Shown: positions 11,290 through 22,882 of the stretch, piece by piece
Numbering within the stretch: position 1 is the first letter of the stretch
Layout of the letters: each line of letters starts with the position of its first letter
NCBI RefSeq assembly: GCF_006345805.1
Contig: NW_021829586.1
Span: 1 to 32,383 of the forward strand
Direction: 5' to 3'
Length of the DNA stretch: 32,383 bases
Source: Octopus sinensis
Taxonomy: Eukaryota
Notes under the pieces: model-generated
The model's input: only the letters and a program-made list of their open reading frames with translations
The model's database searches: none
Told to the model about the DNA's origin: nothing
Made by a program: the position numbers and the translations under genes

Positions 11290-12200
11290 GATATGGATAA
11301 TACCTCAGCGCCCTTTTTCTTATTTGAAGGGCCAAACTGCCGGAATAGTTTAGGGTTGTAACTGTTCCCTTTCTGCTCCCCAACAAAATTTCTCTCCACG
11401 CTATGACCCAGCAATTTGTTTCTAATTTTTAAAAGCTCTAAATGACTGCTCTCTTTAGAAAATGTTTCAAGATTATTTCTTTCACAGATGTGACAGTAAA
11501 GGATATTTATTAAAATCAGTTTAATATTTCTGATGCAGTGCTAATGATTGTATAAGCTTGGAAGGAGGTTTCGGAGTGTTATCTACGAGCTGTTTGGAGG
11601 TCGTGTGACTGGAAGCTCTGCTCCTGAAAATCTTTGAAGGTTTTTAGAAATAGAGGAAGAGTCTGCTGAGTAACAAAATGTCAGTCTGGGCGGACAATGG
11701 CTCTGGGGGTGGAAAAAATGTGGCGGAATATAGGAATGAACGAACCACCGAAGATATTTTGTTTTTGTTTGTTTGTTTTTCCAGTTTCAGCTCTTGAGCT
11801 GTGGCCATGCTGGGGCACCGCCATTGTGGTGAAAGAGTACAGCAGGGATCACCACCCCCTGCCAGAGCCTCATAGAGCTTTTAGGTGTTTTCGCTCAATA
11901 AACACACACAACGCCCAGTCTGAGAATCGAAACCTCGATCCTGCGACCGCGAGTCCGCTGCCCTAACCACTAGGCCATTGCGCCTCTACGGTACAGCTTC
12001 ACAAAGAGTGTCTTATAGAGTTGTTCTCTCGTTGTTCTCTTTTTATAATAAAATCTCTAAATTGTCAGTGGATTATCATCAATACATATCTGCTATGAAG
12101 CTGGGCCTGAACCACATCACTGACGAACTTAATCGATATTTGGAAGGTGCAGAAATGTAATATAAGCAGTCAAGTATGGATGCCTTTTATTACGAAGCGG
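11290..12200 (+). mobile_element. pogo/Tigger (DDE_1) transposase relic interrupted by a SINE
   Basis: LPNKISLHAMTQQFVSNF (~11376; cf. LPPNTTSLIQPMDQGVISNF), ISDAVLMIV*AWKEVS...AVWR (~11530-11600), and after the SINE KQSSMDAF (~12164; cf. KQTSLDSF). Confidence 0.6.
11782..11990 (-). mobile_element. Chimeric SINE: family B head plus family A/CR1-type tail
   Basis: 11824-11990 matches the head of the 22465 copy; 11796-11822 matches the LINE tail at 1317-1341. Confidence 0.75.
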
Positions 12201-12469
12201 ATAAGGCAATCTTCAACTGCAACCGAATCTTCAACATCTACGGAAGAAACTGCGCCAAAATAGCCGGGAAGGACGATACTTCTATCTCTAGCGATTCTCA
12301 TTTAAGAAGGTCCTCTCCACGCCTCTGCTTCATCCCAGGATATTGAATAACCTGCCACAATATGGTAATCGTACGTTTAAATACATATATTATTAGTTTA
12401 TTCTATTTTATGTATTCATTATTTTATTTGGTTATCCGTTTTCTTAGCTGGTACCGGTTTGGACGGATA

Positions 12470-12690
12470 TTACATTAGGAACAGGTTTTTACTGCCAGAT
12501 GCTCTTCCTGTCGCTAATCCCAACCTGTTTGCAAGTTAGGCATATTGGTTAGACTTGGTTTTCCATCGTCTGTCGAACAGCAAACGGCCAGGATGTCTCT
12601 TCAATGAGAGCGGCTAATTCCGCTTGTACTACGACAGACAGTTTACGTTTAGCGCTAACATCAGAGCAAAGATACATACACACACACATG
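12470..12690 (-). mobile_element. Interspersed repeat body (probable SINE with RTE-like tail)
   Basis: CAGATGCTCTTCCTGTCGCTAATCCC resembles the common GGATGCCCTTCCTGTCGCCAACCC motif; recognition only. Confidence 0.4.
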
Positions 12691-12733
12691 TATATGTATG
12701 TATGTGTGTGTGTATATTATATATATGCATATA

Positions 12734-12830
<97 letters not shown>

Positions 12831-12910
12831 ATATAATATATATACACACATATATATATATACATATAAATATATATATATATACGTATATATATAGACG
12901 TGTATATATG

Positions 12911-12962
<52 letters not shown>

Positions 12963-13427
12963 GTCTATATATATATCAATAGAGAGAGAGAGACAGCGAG
13001 AAGAAAGAGAGAACAGAGAGAGAGAAATAGATAAATAGATCGATAAACAGATAGAAAGACAGATGGATAGATATATAGATATGCATATGTACACACACAT
13101 ACATACACGAACACACACACACAAACCTACACATATATCATGGCGCATAACGTATATGGGAAAACAAGCGAATAATGTATATTTATATCAATTCATATGT
13201 ACATCACTATTGATACATATTGGTACACATATACATACATACGTACTTATATATACATACATACATACATACATACATACATGCATACATACATGCATAC
13301 ATACATGCATACATACATGCATACATACATACATACATATACATACATGCATACATGCATACATACATACATGCATACATACATACATACATACATGCAT
13401 ACATACATGCATACATACATACACACA

Positions 13428-13461
<34 letters not shown>

Positions 13462-14147
13462 CATGCATACATACATGCATACATACATACATACATACAT
13501 ACACACATACATACATACATACATACATACATACATGCATACATACATGCATACATACATGCATACATACATACATAAACAGACATATTCATACGTACAC
13601 ACACATATATATTACTCGGTTTTTATTTCGCGATTCTACACTATCAATTGACATTTCAACTATGTTTTCTAATTTATTTTTCATATTATCTTTATGAATT
13701 CAATTTTGGTTTACTGAAAATAATATAGCAAGTTATTTTGAGTAGTTTAAAGATTCGCAATGTTGAAAAATACACACAAATATAGAATAAATAAACATTG
13801 TAAGAAATAAAGATAAGTTTATCCATGGCGCATATTGATTGCTTCACATTATTCATATATATGGTAGTATGTATGAATGTATGTATGTATGTATGTATGT
13901 ATGTATGTATGTATGTATGTATGCTTATATGCATGTGTATATGTGTGTATGCATGTATGTCAGCATATGCCTGTATGTTTGCTTATATGTGTCTATATGC
14001 GCATATATATTCGCAATTGTATATGTTAATACAAACACACATACACACTTATATATATGTATAATATATGAATGTACATATTCATATATACACCCACATA
14101 TACAACATATACATATGTATGTATGTATATATATATATATATATAGT

Positions 14148-14216
<69 letters not shown>

Positions 14217-14496
14217 GCACGATGCATTACATATACACACAGATATATGTATATAGACATATAGATGCACACACACACACACACATATATTAATATACAC
14301 ATAAATATGTGTATATATATGTTATATACATATGTGTATATATATGAATATATATATGTATATATACATGTATATTATATATATATATATATATATATAT
14401 GTACATACATACCACACATATTTTTATTATCTATAGCGATAATTGCATATTTACATATCTTGATGTGTATTATAAATATGTGTATATATATATAAT

Positions 14497-14547
<51 letters not shown>

Positions 14548-14790
14548 AAGTGTGTGTGTGTGGTGTATATACATACATAATACATACATCTGTGCATATG
14601 TATGTGTACATACAGATATAACTATACGACTGCATTTACGCATGTATATCTATATTTGTGTTGGTATGTATATCTAGGTATCGTTATGTTGATCTGTGTA
14701 CATACAGACAAACTCACACGCACTCGCACACATACACGCACACAACACACACACACACACATTGGTATACACACACTGGTATACACATGT
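12670..14790. repeat. Large microsatellite field including (TA)n, (TACA/TGCA)n 13190-13576 and (TATG)n 13868-13925
   Basis: Directly visible; source of the H/T/Y/I and M/Y/V/C ORFs. Confidence 0.9.
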
Positions 14791-14963
14791 TCAAATACAT
14801 ATATGATCACTTAAATAATTGTACGCACTTTGGAGAAAATATTAATAAGACATCGCAAAACAAATCTTCAGAAATCATATGGAATCTAATATTCTACTGA
14901 ACTTGGAAAAAAATAAATTTCAATTTCTTCCATTTTCCCTTTATTACAACCACATCTTCATTT

Positions 14964-15000
14964 CCACCACCACCACCACCACCACCACCACCACCACCAT

Positions 15001-15032
<32 letters not shown>

Positions 15033-15097
15033 TACTACTACTACTACCACTACTACTACTGCTGCTGTTGCTGTTCCTGCTGCTGCTGCTGCTGCTG

Positions 15098-15128
<31 letters not shown>

Positions 15129-15163
15129 CACTACTACTACTGCTGCTGTTGCTGTTGCTGCTT

Positions 15164-15205
<42 letters not shown>

Positions 15206-15258
15206 TACCTACTGCTGCTTCTGCTGCTGCTGCTGCAACTACTACTACTACTACTACT

Positions 15259-15301
<43 letters not shown>

Positions 15302-15303
15302 GC
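14964..15303. repeat. Compound trinucleotide array (CAC)n-(TAC)n-(TGC)n
   Basis: Directly visible. Confidence 0.9.
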
Positions 15304-16691
15304 TGCCACTCCTCTTATTCTGGAGTCATAATATTGTCTTTTTATTACTGTTATAGTTGGGAAGAGTCGTAATTAACAAAGCCTATAAACACACTAACCA
15401 ATTCTTGTTTGCCTACATTTCATTTCTTTTTTTTTCCCTTTTCTTAATCATCGCGATTAAAGGTCTAGAATGGCAAAGCAACCGTATTCAAGAAAATGAA
15501 AAAAAGTGAAAGATAGACAAACAACCACTGTTGACTGTATTTATAGGCCTTACTAATTAATTACGACTCAACTCATCCCAATATAACAATATTGATTTCA
15601 ACTCATAGTTTCAGATCAAAATTCCTGCGAAACATATTCAAAATTTTATTTCCATTGTTTGCTTTTAATATTTTTGTGAATACCTGCATGGGTTATGTTT
15701 TACTTCGGTTTTTTATTTTCTATTGTATTGACAACAGTGTCACGTGATATGCATGCCGTGTCAAGTATTGTCGCTTTCTGCATGTTATGCACATATATAA
15801 GATTCGAGAATCTGGTTACGCATTCGTCTGTTTTTAGTTTTTATTTCTAAGGCACCAAATATTATAGGGATGCTTTCTATTTTCCTTCTCCTCATCCTGG
15901 TTATCTCTAATTCTATATTATTATATTTGGGTAGTTTCTTCATACCTTTCAGAGATAGTTTATCGTCAGTTGTGATAGATACTTCAAAAATGGATGCTGC
16001 TTTTCCTTTCCTGTCGTCAATGACAACAACATCCGGTCGATTAACCTTGTTCCCCCTGACTGACATATCCCTGAATACGGTTGCTTTGCCATTCTAGACC
16101 TTTTTCTGGTGTGTGTTTATGCTGTCTCTCTTCTTTTGGGATTTCATAGCACTGGAACAATTTCCAGTGTATGAAAGCACCATATATTCTGCTGTTAATA
16201 AATGTCTTCCGCTTGATTACAAGTCTTTTACGGTTACTCGTGGGAAGTCTTTGATCTTCTGCCACAACCAAGAATCCTTCAGTCACACCTTTACACTCAG
16301 CGGTTCTCAGTCTGCGATGCGATTCTTCCTTCTCAAATTGATTCTTGTTCATATTTTTTTCAGGTATTGTCGCAATAGGGGCTTTTCTTTGTATCATTTC
16401 AGTATGAAATTCTACAGCCACATCCTCACCATAGTGTTTTCTGCACAATTCATAATTTTTCTAGCTGTTTTTTCCGTATCCTCAAATTTGCCAGTCATTT
16501 CAGACAGTTTTGAAGAAAAATATTTTCAATTTGTTGGTTCCTTTGAAAACAGAAAAGACAATTTTTTTTGTTATGTTGGCCTTTTGGAGCAATTTGTATT
16601 AGTTGTCTATAAAATTTTACTAGATATTTTTGAATTGCTTTGTTGGTTTTCTCCTGATAGATATTTAGTTACATAATAGCTTTCTGTATTT

Positions 16692-16978
16692 GTGGCAAAT
16701 ATATGGTAAATATATTTTACCATATGTATTCGTGACAAATATTTTAACCATATGTATTCGTGGTAAACATATGGTAAATATATTTTACCATATGTATTCG
16801 TGACAAATATTTTAACCATATGTATTCGTGGTAAACATATGGTAAATATATTTTACCATATGTGTTCGTGGCAAATATTTTAACCATATGTATTCGTGGT
16901 AAATATATGGTAAACATATTTTACCATATGTATTCGTGGTAAACATATGGTAAATATATTTACCATATATATTGCGTG
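16692..16978. repeat. Higher-order minisatellite: 40-bp unit A plus 28-bp unit B (68-bp period), order ABABABAA'
   Basis: A = GTGGTAAACATATGGTAAATATATTTTACCATATGTATTC; B = GTGACAAATATTTTAACCATATGTATTC. Confidence 0.9.
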
Positions 16979-17582
16979 ATCCAAAGGTAGTCATTATATT
17001 CCTTGTCTTTTGGTTTACCAATTTGCTAATTCGTATGTTCAGTTGAAAATATGATATCTATAACTTATTATTGGTACACCGAGAATACTGATGTCTATTA
17101 TCGTTATTCAAGATTTATCTCTGTTTAAGTATTAATCTTTAAGTATTAACCTATTAATCTTCAAGCATTATCCCACTTTATTATAATATTTCTTCGTAAT
17201 CGTTTCATTCATTTATGTTGCACCCTCTTGGTTATTGACTCCTAATTATATGTAAGTCCTTATTTAGAGTTATTCGCTCATTCTTATTTGCTGTAATTCT
17301 TTTATCTCCATTCGGTTATCTCTTATCCACCATGACTTTGGTCTTCTTAATTATTTTTTTCTCTAGTCAGTGTTTCCTTTGCGCGTTTTCTGATCCTCTT
17401 CTCAAATTAATCTCTCTGGTAAATCCGTGAACTCTCCAAAGCAGCATTGCTGGCTGTTATCATTCGTAGCATAAAACTGGAGGTCGTTCACATGCAATGA
17501 ATGATTGATTCTCTTTCTGCAGGATTTCTATCTGAGTCTGGACAGGTTAAACAATATATTGGTGAAATCTAAAATTAAGACG

Positions 17583-17780
17583 GTGAGGTAGTAGAATCGT
17601 TAACACGGGACAAACTACTTAGCGGCATTCTGTATGTTCTAAGTTCAATTTCCACCGCAGTCGACTTTGGGTTTCATCCTTTTGTAATTGATAAAATAAG
17701 TACCAGCTGACCACTGAGGTCGATGTAACTGACATAATTCCTCTCCTGAAATTGCTGGCCTCATACCAGAATTTGAAATC
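17583..17780 (+). mobile_element. SINE family C inserted into the R4 relic
   Basis: Reverse-complement homology to 21755-21950 (GAATCGTTAxCAC...CTTAGCGGCA...GATAAAAxAA...CGATGTAA). Confidence 0.75.
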
Positions 17781-18933
17781 ATATGTTGGTTAAAATTGCT
17801 AGTGTTAAGCAGAAAAGAAATGGGAATGTTTTTGGCATAATTCTTCTAATGAAAAGAAGTTATTTCATAAATACCGCTTTTTTGACATCTGTAGAATTGT
17901 TCGTTTTGTACTCATAAAATATATAATATATCTACTTATTACAGGCGCTACCCTACTTATGGCTAATACTTTCGTATGACGAAAATTCTTAAAACTTTTC
18001 TTGTAGTCAATCAGATACGATTGCAAGTTATGGGTTTTTAGTCTTACCTTAGGATTTTCTCTTCCTTTACCCTTGGGTGTAGTCCCTAATTTAGCCAACC
18101 AGATCTTGTCTCAGACTCTAGCACTATCATTATTTTTACTTTCATATTAAAGGTTAATTTCAAATCTTTTAATCTGAAATTTAAGATTTTATCATGGTTC
18201 TTTTCATTCTATTTCTGTGGTGGCAGTTCTTCAGGTAATACTTGTGTTAGACCCGTACGATTATTCACTTGCATTTGTTTTTCGAAGAATGTCAATGCTG
18301 ATGCTTCCTTCGCTCTCGATATACCTTGCCAGGTTTCTTGTTATTGCTGCCGTAGCGAGCTTTGCCTTATTTTTTTTTATCTAGTTCTTGTGAAAATCTT
18401 CTTAGGTTTAAGTCGACCTGTTTATTTTGCTCTAAGAATCGTTGTCCCGTTCTATATGAGGTTTATTTTTCAATGATTTTTGCAATAATCGCTTGTGTTA
18501 GGAACTGTATTCCATTGCGTACTTGATATTTATCATGCTATATTTCTGTTCTAAGTGCCCCTCTCTTTACTAGTCACCCCGTCTCCAGAGCTGAGGGACC
18601 TTTTAAGTTATATTCTTGTATTTACTGCACGTGTGATCTCCTTATAGTTTCTTTCAGTTCTGGTATTCCTGCGAGACATGAGCGAGTAAATAACCAGTTT
18701 CCCAGTTTACACAACGGCGGCTCCTGCAACTATTATATTCCGTAACCTGGTGTTATTGATGTTCATGGTTTGTTTTCATAAAGTCTGGACTGGCCAGTTT
18801 GCAGTTTCATTTTATTGTTGATGCTATTTTAGCGTTTTATCTTTGAGATTAATTTAATTCTTTATTTTTAAGTGCAGTTTGCTTTGTTTATGATCACCAT
18901 CTTTAGAATTTCCAACTTCTAAAACATTCCCAA

Positions 18934-19107
18934 TCTTCTTCTTCTTCTTCTTCTTCTTCTTCTTCTTCTTCTTCTTCTTCTTCTTCTCTTCTTCTTCTTC
19001 TTCTTCTTCTTCTTCTTTTCTTCTTCTTCTTTTCTTCTTTTCTTCTTCTCTTCTTCTTCTTCTTCTTCTCCTCTTCTTTTCTTCTTTTCTTCTTCTTCTT
19101 CTTCTTC
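18934..19107. repeat. (TTC)n microsatellite
   Basis: Directly visible. Confidence 0.95.
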
Positions 19108-19187
19108 AATGTCAAAGTTGCTCTGCCTGAGATTTCTGACGTCATTTGGGTTGTTGTTGCGATTTCATCTTCCCCATCGTCATCACG

Positions 19188-19218
<31 letters not shown>

Positions 19219-19224
19219 CATGTA

Positions 19225-19305
<81 letters not shown>

Positions 19306-19346
19306 ATATATATATAGATATATATATACACACACATATATACATG

Positions 19347-19394
<48 letters not shown>

Positions 19395-19448
19395 GTTTAA
19401 TTCCCAAGAAACTTGATGCACACACACATTTATATGTATCTGTGTGTT

Positions 19449-19482
<34 letters not shown>

Positions 19483-19639
19483 GTGTGTGCGCGTGTGTGT
19501 ACGCACTCCCTGCAAACCCGCGACAGAGTATTCGCTGTAAAGAATCGTAGCATTCTTTACAACTGATTATATCTGTCTATTATCTAGACTATTTGCTTCT
19601 GATATTCCACTAGAAGCCATACCATTAAGAATCAAATAG

Positions 19640-19842
<203 letters not shown>

Positions 19843-19921
19843 TTTTTTTTTAAGTAAGGTAAAAAAAAAAGCATGAAAGTATTGTTGGTTAATGCAAAGG
19901 TTAGCCGGCGTCAATCGTTAC

Positions 19922-20041
19922 TGGAACACTCCTGTATTCTCTGCAGGTTGTCCATTGATGTTTTGTGAAGCAATCGAGATTCTGAATACGTCCAGAAATC
20001 GTTTACTCTGAACATCTACCAGTTTTTCTTTCTGTGTGTTT
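19922..20041 (-). other. Candidate 120-nt symmetric (phase 2-2) exon
   Basis: ttgtttgtttttctctacgatag|A...TTCCA|gtaacg. Open frame NTQKEKLVDVQSKRFLDVFRISIASQNINGQPAENTGVF. Not recognised. Confidence 0.25.
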
Positions 20042-20498
20042 CTATCGTAGAGAAAAACAAACAAATAAATACAATAAAAATATTATTTTGAATCTCCCCC
20101 ACCCCCCACCCAATTCCATCGAAAAAACAGCAGAATGATTTTTGAATAAATTTATGATATTATTCGTATTCGTTCGTTCTGGTTTTCTTTTTTTCTTTTA
20201 CGTTTTCTTCCTCCTTTTTTTTTTTTTATAATTGTCTAGTCATGCAGTACTGTTCTGATCAATATCGCAAGAAATTTGTTTTTGCGTTATTTTTCAAAAA
20301 GTACCATTTTCATTCAGGCAAGTTGTTGATATTGATGTTGTTGCCGTCGTAAATATTGTTGTTGTTGTTGTTATTTAGTCCCACGTTAATCCCTGGTATG
20401 TAACAAATTTATGATCGAAGGCATTTACAAACTCGACCGTCTGGTATTATTTTTGTGAAATTTGGAGTTGATTTCGAGGACTGCATTATTTAGCATTG

Positions 20499-20750
20499 TG
20501 GAGGCGCGTGGCTTAGTGGTTAGGGTGTCAGCATCATGATCGTAAGATTGTGGTTTCGATTCCTGGACCGGGCGACGCGTTGTGTTCTTGAGCAAAACAT
20601 TTTATTTCATGTTGCTCCAGTTCACTCAGCTGGCGAAAATGAGTAACGCTGCGATGGACTGGCGTCCCGTTCAACTGGGGAAGACATACGCCCTAGAAAC
20701 CGGGAAACTGGCCCATGAGCCTGGTTAGGGCTTTAAAAGGGCGCATTTAT
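20499..20750 (+). mobile_element. tRNA-derived SINE with V-domain-like segment
   Basis: A box TGGCTTAGTGG, B box GGTTTCGATTCC, CTGCGATGGACTGGCGTCCCGT (V-SINE-like), TTA-type tail. Confidence 0.8.
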
Positions 20751-20792
20751 TTATTATTTAACATTATCGTCTTTTTCTCAAAAATGATATCG

Positions 20793-21032
20793 TATGGTTC
20801 TGTTGTGTCTGGGGAGAGTCATTTTCTCTTTGTGCGTTGTAATTTAACACACTCGCCGGTAAAATTTCCATTTATTAACGGACAGAGTCAAGACTATTGA
20901 AAAGGTTGCAAGACGCAACGAAAATTTTAGGAAAATAAAAAAAATAAGATATAAGTGGAAATTTTACCGGTGAGTGTGTTAAATTATAAGGCACAAAAAG
21001 AAAATGACTCTCCCCAGACACAACAGAATATG
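20793..21032. mobile_element. MITE with ~78-bp terminal inverted repeats
   Basis: 20798-20876 and 20951-21028 are reverse complements (TTCTGTTGTGTCTGGGGAGAGTCATTTTC...CCGGTAAAATTTCCA). Confidence 0.8.
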
Positions 21033-21559
21033 CTTCAACACACAAACTCACATAAAGAATCTTGCAAACCAAATCCAAAAAACAAAAGATATCATATGAA
21101 CATTGACTGCTATTTCAAGAAGGTCAAGTAACTGTAAAAAGTTTTTTTTTCCGTGGGTTGTCATCGGGTAATTTGCTTTTCTTGTTTATTGAGCGCAGGT
21201 GGGTCCGTGATCAAGCTGGCCTATGACAATAAAAGCGTTCCGGACGTGGCGATCTCATTTATCATTATTTTTTTTTTTGTTAGACACAACATATATATGT
21301 AATATTCAATGATTGTGTATCCCTTGGATGGGACGATCAGGGAACAGAGAAAGAGAGAGGCTACGTATGCTGCAAAACCTGTAAACTACATAGCCTGTTT
21401 CTCTGTTTGCTGGGCCCTCCGTTCCAGGGCAAAACGTTGTGGGGTCAAAGCTTCATCCTCTAAGTGAAATCATCCCAGATTAAAACGTGTGCGAAGAGTG
21501 ACTGCAAAGCACATCTGGGCAAATTTAGAAGGATGATACTCAATAATTTTTTTCTAATT

Positions 21560-21950
21560 TTTTGGCACAAGGACAGCAATTTGAGAGGAGGGGACAAATC
21601 ATTACATCACCTTCCAATACTTGGCTGATAGTTATTTTATCGATCCCGAAGGATGAAAGGCGAAATTGTCCACGTCAAGATTTGAACTCATATCGTAAAG
21701 AGTCGGAAGAAATGCCGTTGAGTATTTTATCCGTTGTGCTAATATTGATTTCAAATTTTGGCACAAGGCCAGCAATTTTTGTAGCGACGGGGTAAGTCGA
21801 TTACATCGATTCCAATGTTCAATTGGTTATTGTTTTATCGATCACGAGAGAATGAAAGCAAAGCCAACCTCGGCGGGATTTGGACTCAGGGCGAATTGCC
21901 GCTAAGCATTTTGCCCGGCGTGCTAACGATTCTGCCAGCTCACCTCCTTC
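21560..21950 (-). mobile_element. Two tandem SINE family C copies (21560-21750 degenerate, 21755-21950)
   Basis: Direct repeat TTTGGCACAAGGxCAGCAATTT...TTTTATCGATCxCGA at both copies; the tRNA-like head is at the right end. Confidence 0.8.
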
Positions 21951-22075
21951 TGGCGCACTAATATTAATTTATATCAGTCTTCAACGGTGTTTTTTTTTCT
22001 AACCTGAGTGTTAGAAAAACAGTGTCTAACGAACGAGCACTTTGTCACACGGATCCCAATGCACCAAATACTCAC

Positions 22076-22140
22076 CCGACCGTCGCACCACCATGCAACT
22101 AACACCTGTCGTAATATCTTTATTCCGCGAGACAAAGATG
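22076..22140 (-). other. Candidate 65-nt exon
   Basis: tttagtttcacttttag|CATC...GTCGG|gtgagt (consensus donor). Two frames are open: IFVSRNKDITTGVSCMVVRRS and SLSRGIKILRQVLVAWWCDGR. Confidence 0.35.
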
Positions 22141-22464
22141 CTAAAAGTGAAACTAAAGATGGCGCTGCTGTTGGAAAATTCTTATTATCTAATGTACCCC
22201 AGTCATACTTAACACACGTGACAGATGATTTGAGGGTTAATTTAGCTTCAAATTCGTTCAAGTGTTGAGAAAATGTAGAAGTTCCGTCGCTGGCACTTCA
22301 TCAAACAAGTTGTATTTTCATGTGGCTATAATACCCAGCTCACGAAGATTGCCAAAGTAAATAGCTTGTTCAAGATTTATTGGATCGCAAAGGTACAACG
22401 GCAGAATACACCGCAAGCCAACTCACGTTTGCAAATGTTTATATATATCCATCTATATATACGT

Positions 22465-22765
22465 GTAGGCGAAATGGTCCATTGGTTAGGGCAGCGGACT
22501 CGCGGTCGTAGGATCGCGGTTTCGATTCCCAGTGTAAGTGTTTATTGAGCGAAAACACCTAAAAAGCTCCACGAGGCTCCGGCAGGGGGTGGTGATCCCT
22601 GCTGTATTCTTTCACTACTCTTTCTCCCACTCTTCCTTCCGTTGGCCTGCTCGCTTAGCCAGCGGGGTGGCGTCATTCAAAAGGCTAAAACAATGCGAAC
22701 GCATTGTGACCAGCGATTTGTAGCAACATCTGATGGTCTGGTCGGTCACGTGATCACGTGATATA
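22465..22765 (+). mobile_element. SINE family B, full-length-like
   Basis: Head TGGTTAGGGCAGCGGACTCGCGGTCGTAGGATCGCGGTTTCGATTCC; ends in TCACGTGATCACGTGA then (TA)n. Confidence 0.8.
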
Positions 22766-22836
22766 TATACGTATATTCATATATTTATCGCTTTTTCGAA
22801 ATGTCTTATGAGAACCCAGGTTCGAAATCTCCCCAA

Positions 22837-22882
22837 GACCTCTGAAGAAGGCTGGAAGGCATATCAGCCGAAACGTTGTGTT
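22837..22882 (+). ncRNA. Minimal type I hammerhead ribozyme motif in a Penelope-type terminal fragment (~22770-22930)
   Basis: GACCU CUGAAGA A GGCUGG aaggcaua UCAGCC GAAA CGUU GUGUU. Intact core, 5-6 bp stem II, ACGU palindromic stem III, GUU triplet; stem I has one mismatch. Confidence 0.6.

Larger units (their letters stand above)
15725..18935 (-). mobile_element. R4/Dong-clade non-LTR retrotransposon relic (RT plus restriction-like endonuclease)
   Basis: Ordered minus-strand motifs: NYKEIT (cf. NYRPIT), YLIDYKKSF (~18010), INHSLHVNDLQFYA (~17490; cf. INHLLYMDDLKLYA), TYI*LGVN (~17250), NQKTRNIMT (~17000), VTEGFLVVAEDQ (~16280), NRPDVVVIDD...EVSI...KY...IPIIFGALE (16040-15850), NMQKATILDTACI. 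Confidence 0.85.

Noticed and set aside
16692-16978. CRISPR-like array of palindromic repeats
   Set aside because: There are no unique spacers (the intervening B unit is itself repeated), no cas genes, and the context is eukaryotic.
19137-19144. CRE site TGACGTCA
   Set aside because: A single 8-mer with no supporting context; compatible with chance.
18903-19553. 216-aa ORF with poly-K/R/E
   Set aside because: It is made of CA, TA and GAA microsatellites.
19536-19560. 9-bp hairpin GTAAAGAAT/ATTCTTTAC
   Set aside because: Short, AT-rich and isolated; compatible with chance in 32 kb.
21460-21530. SECIS element (GUGA...AAA)
   Set aside because: There is no GA on the 3' strand to form the non-Watson-Crick quartet at the required spacing.
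21974-22261. 95-aa ORF with WD40-like words (SSVTCVKY, DGRVSIW)
   Set aside because: Motif spacing is not WD40-like, the track start is non-ATG (TTG), and internal splice signals suggest at most a 65-nt exon.
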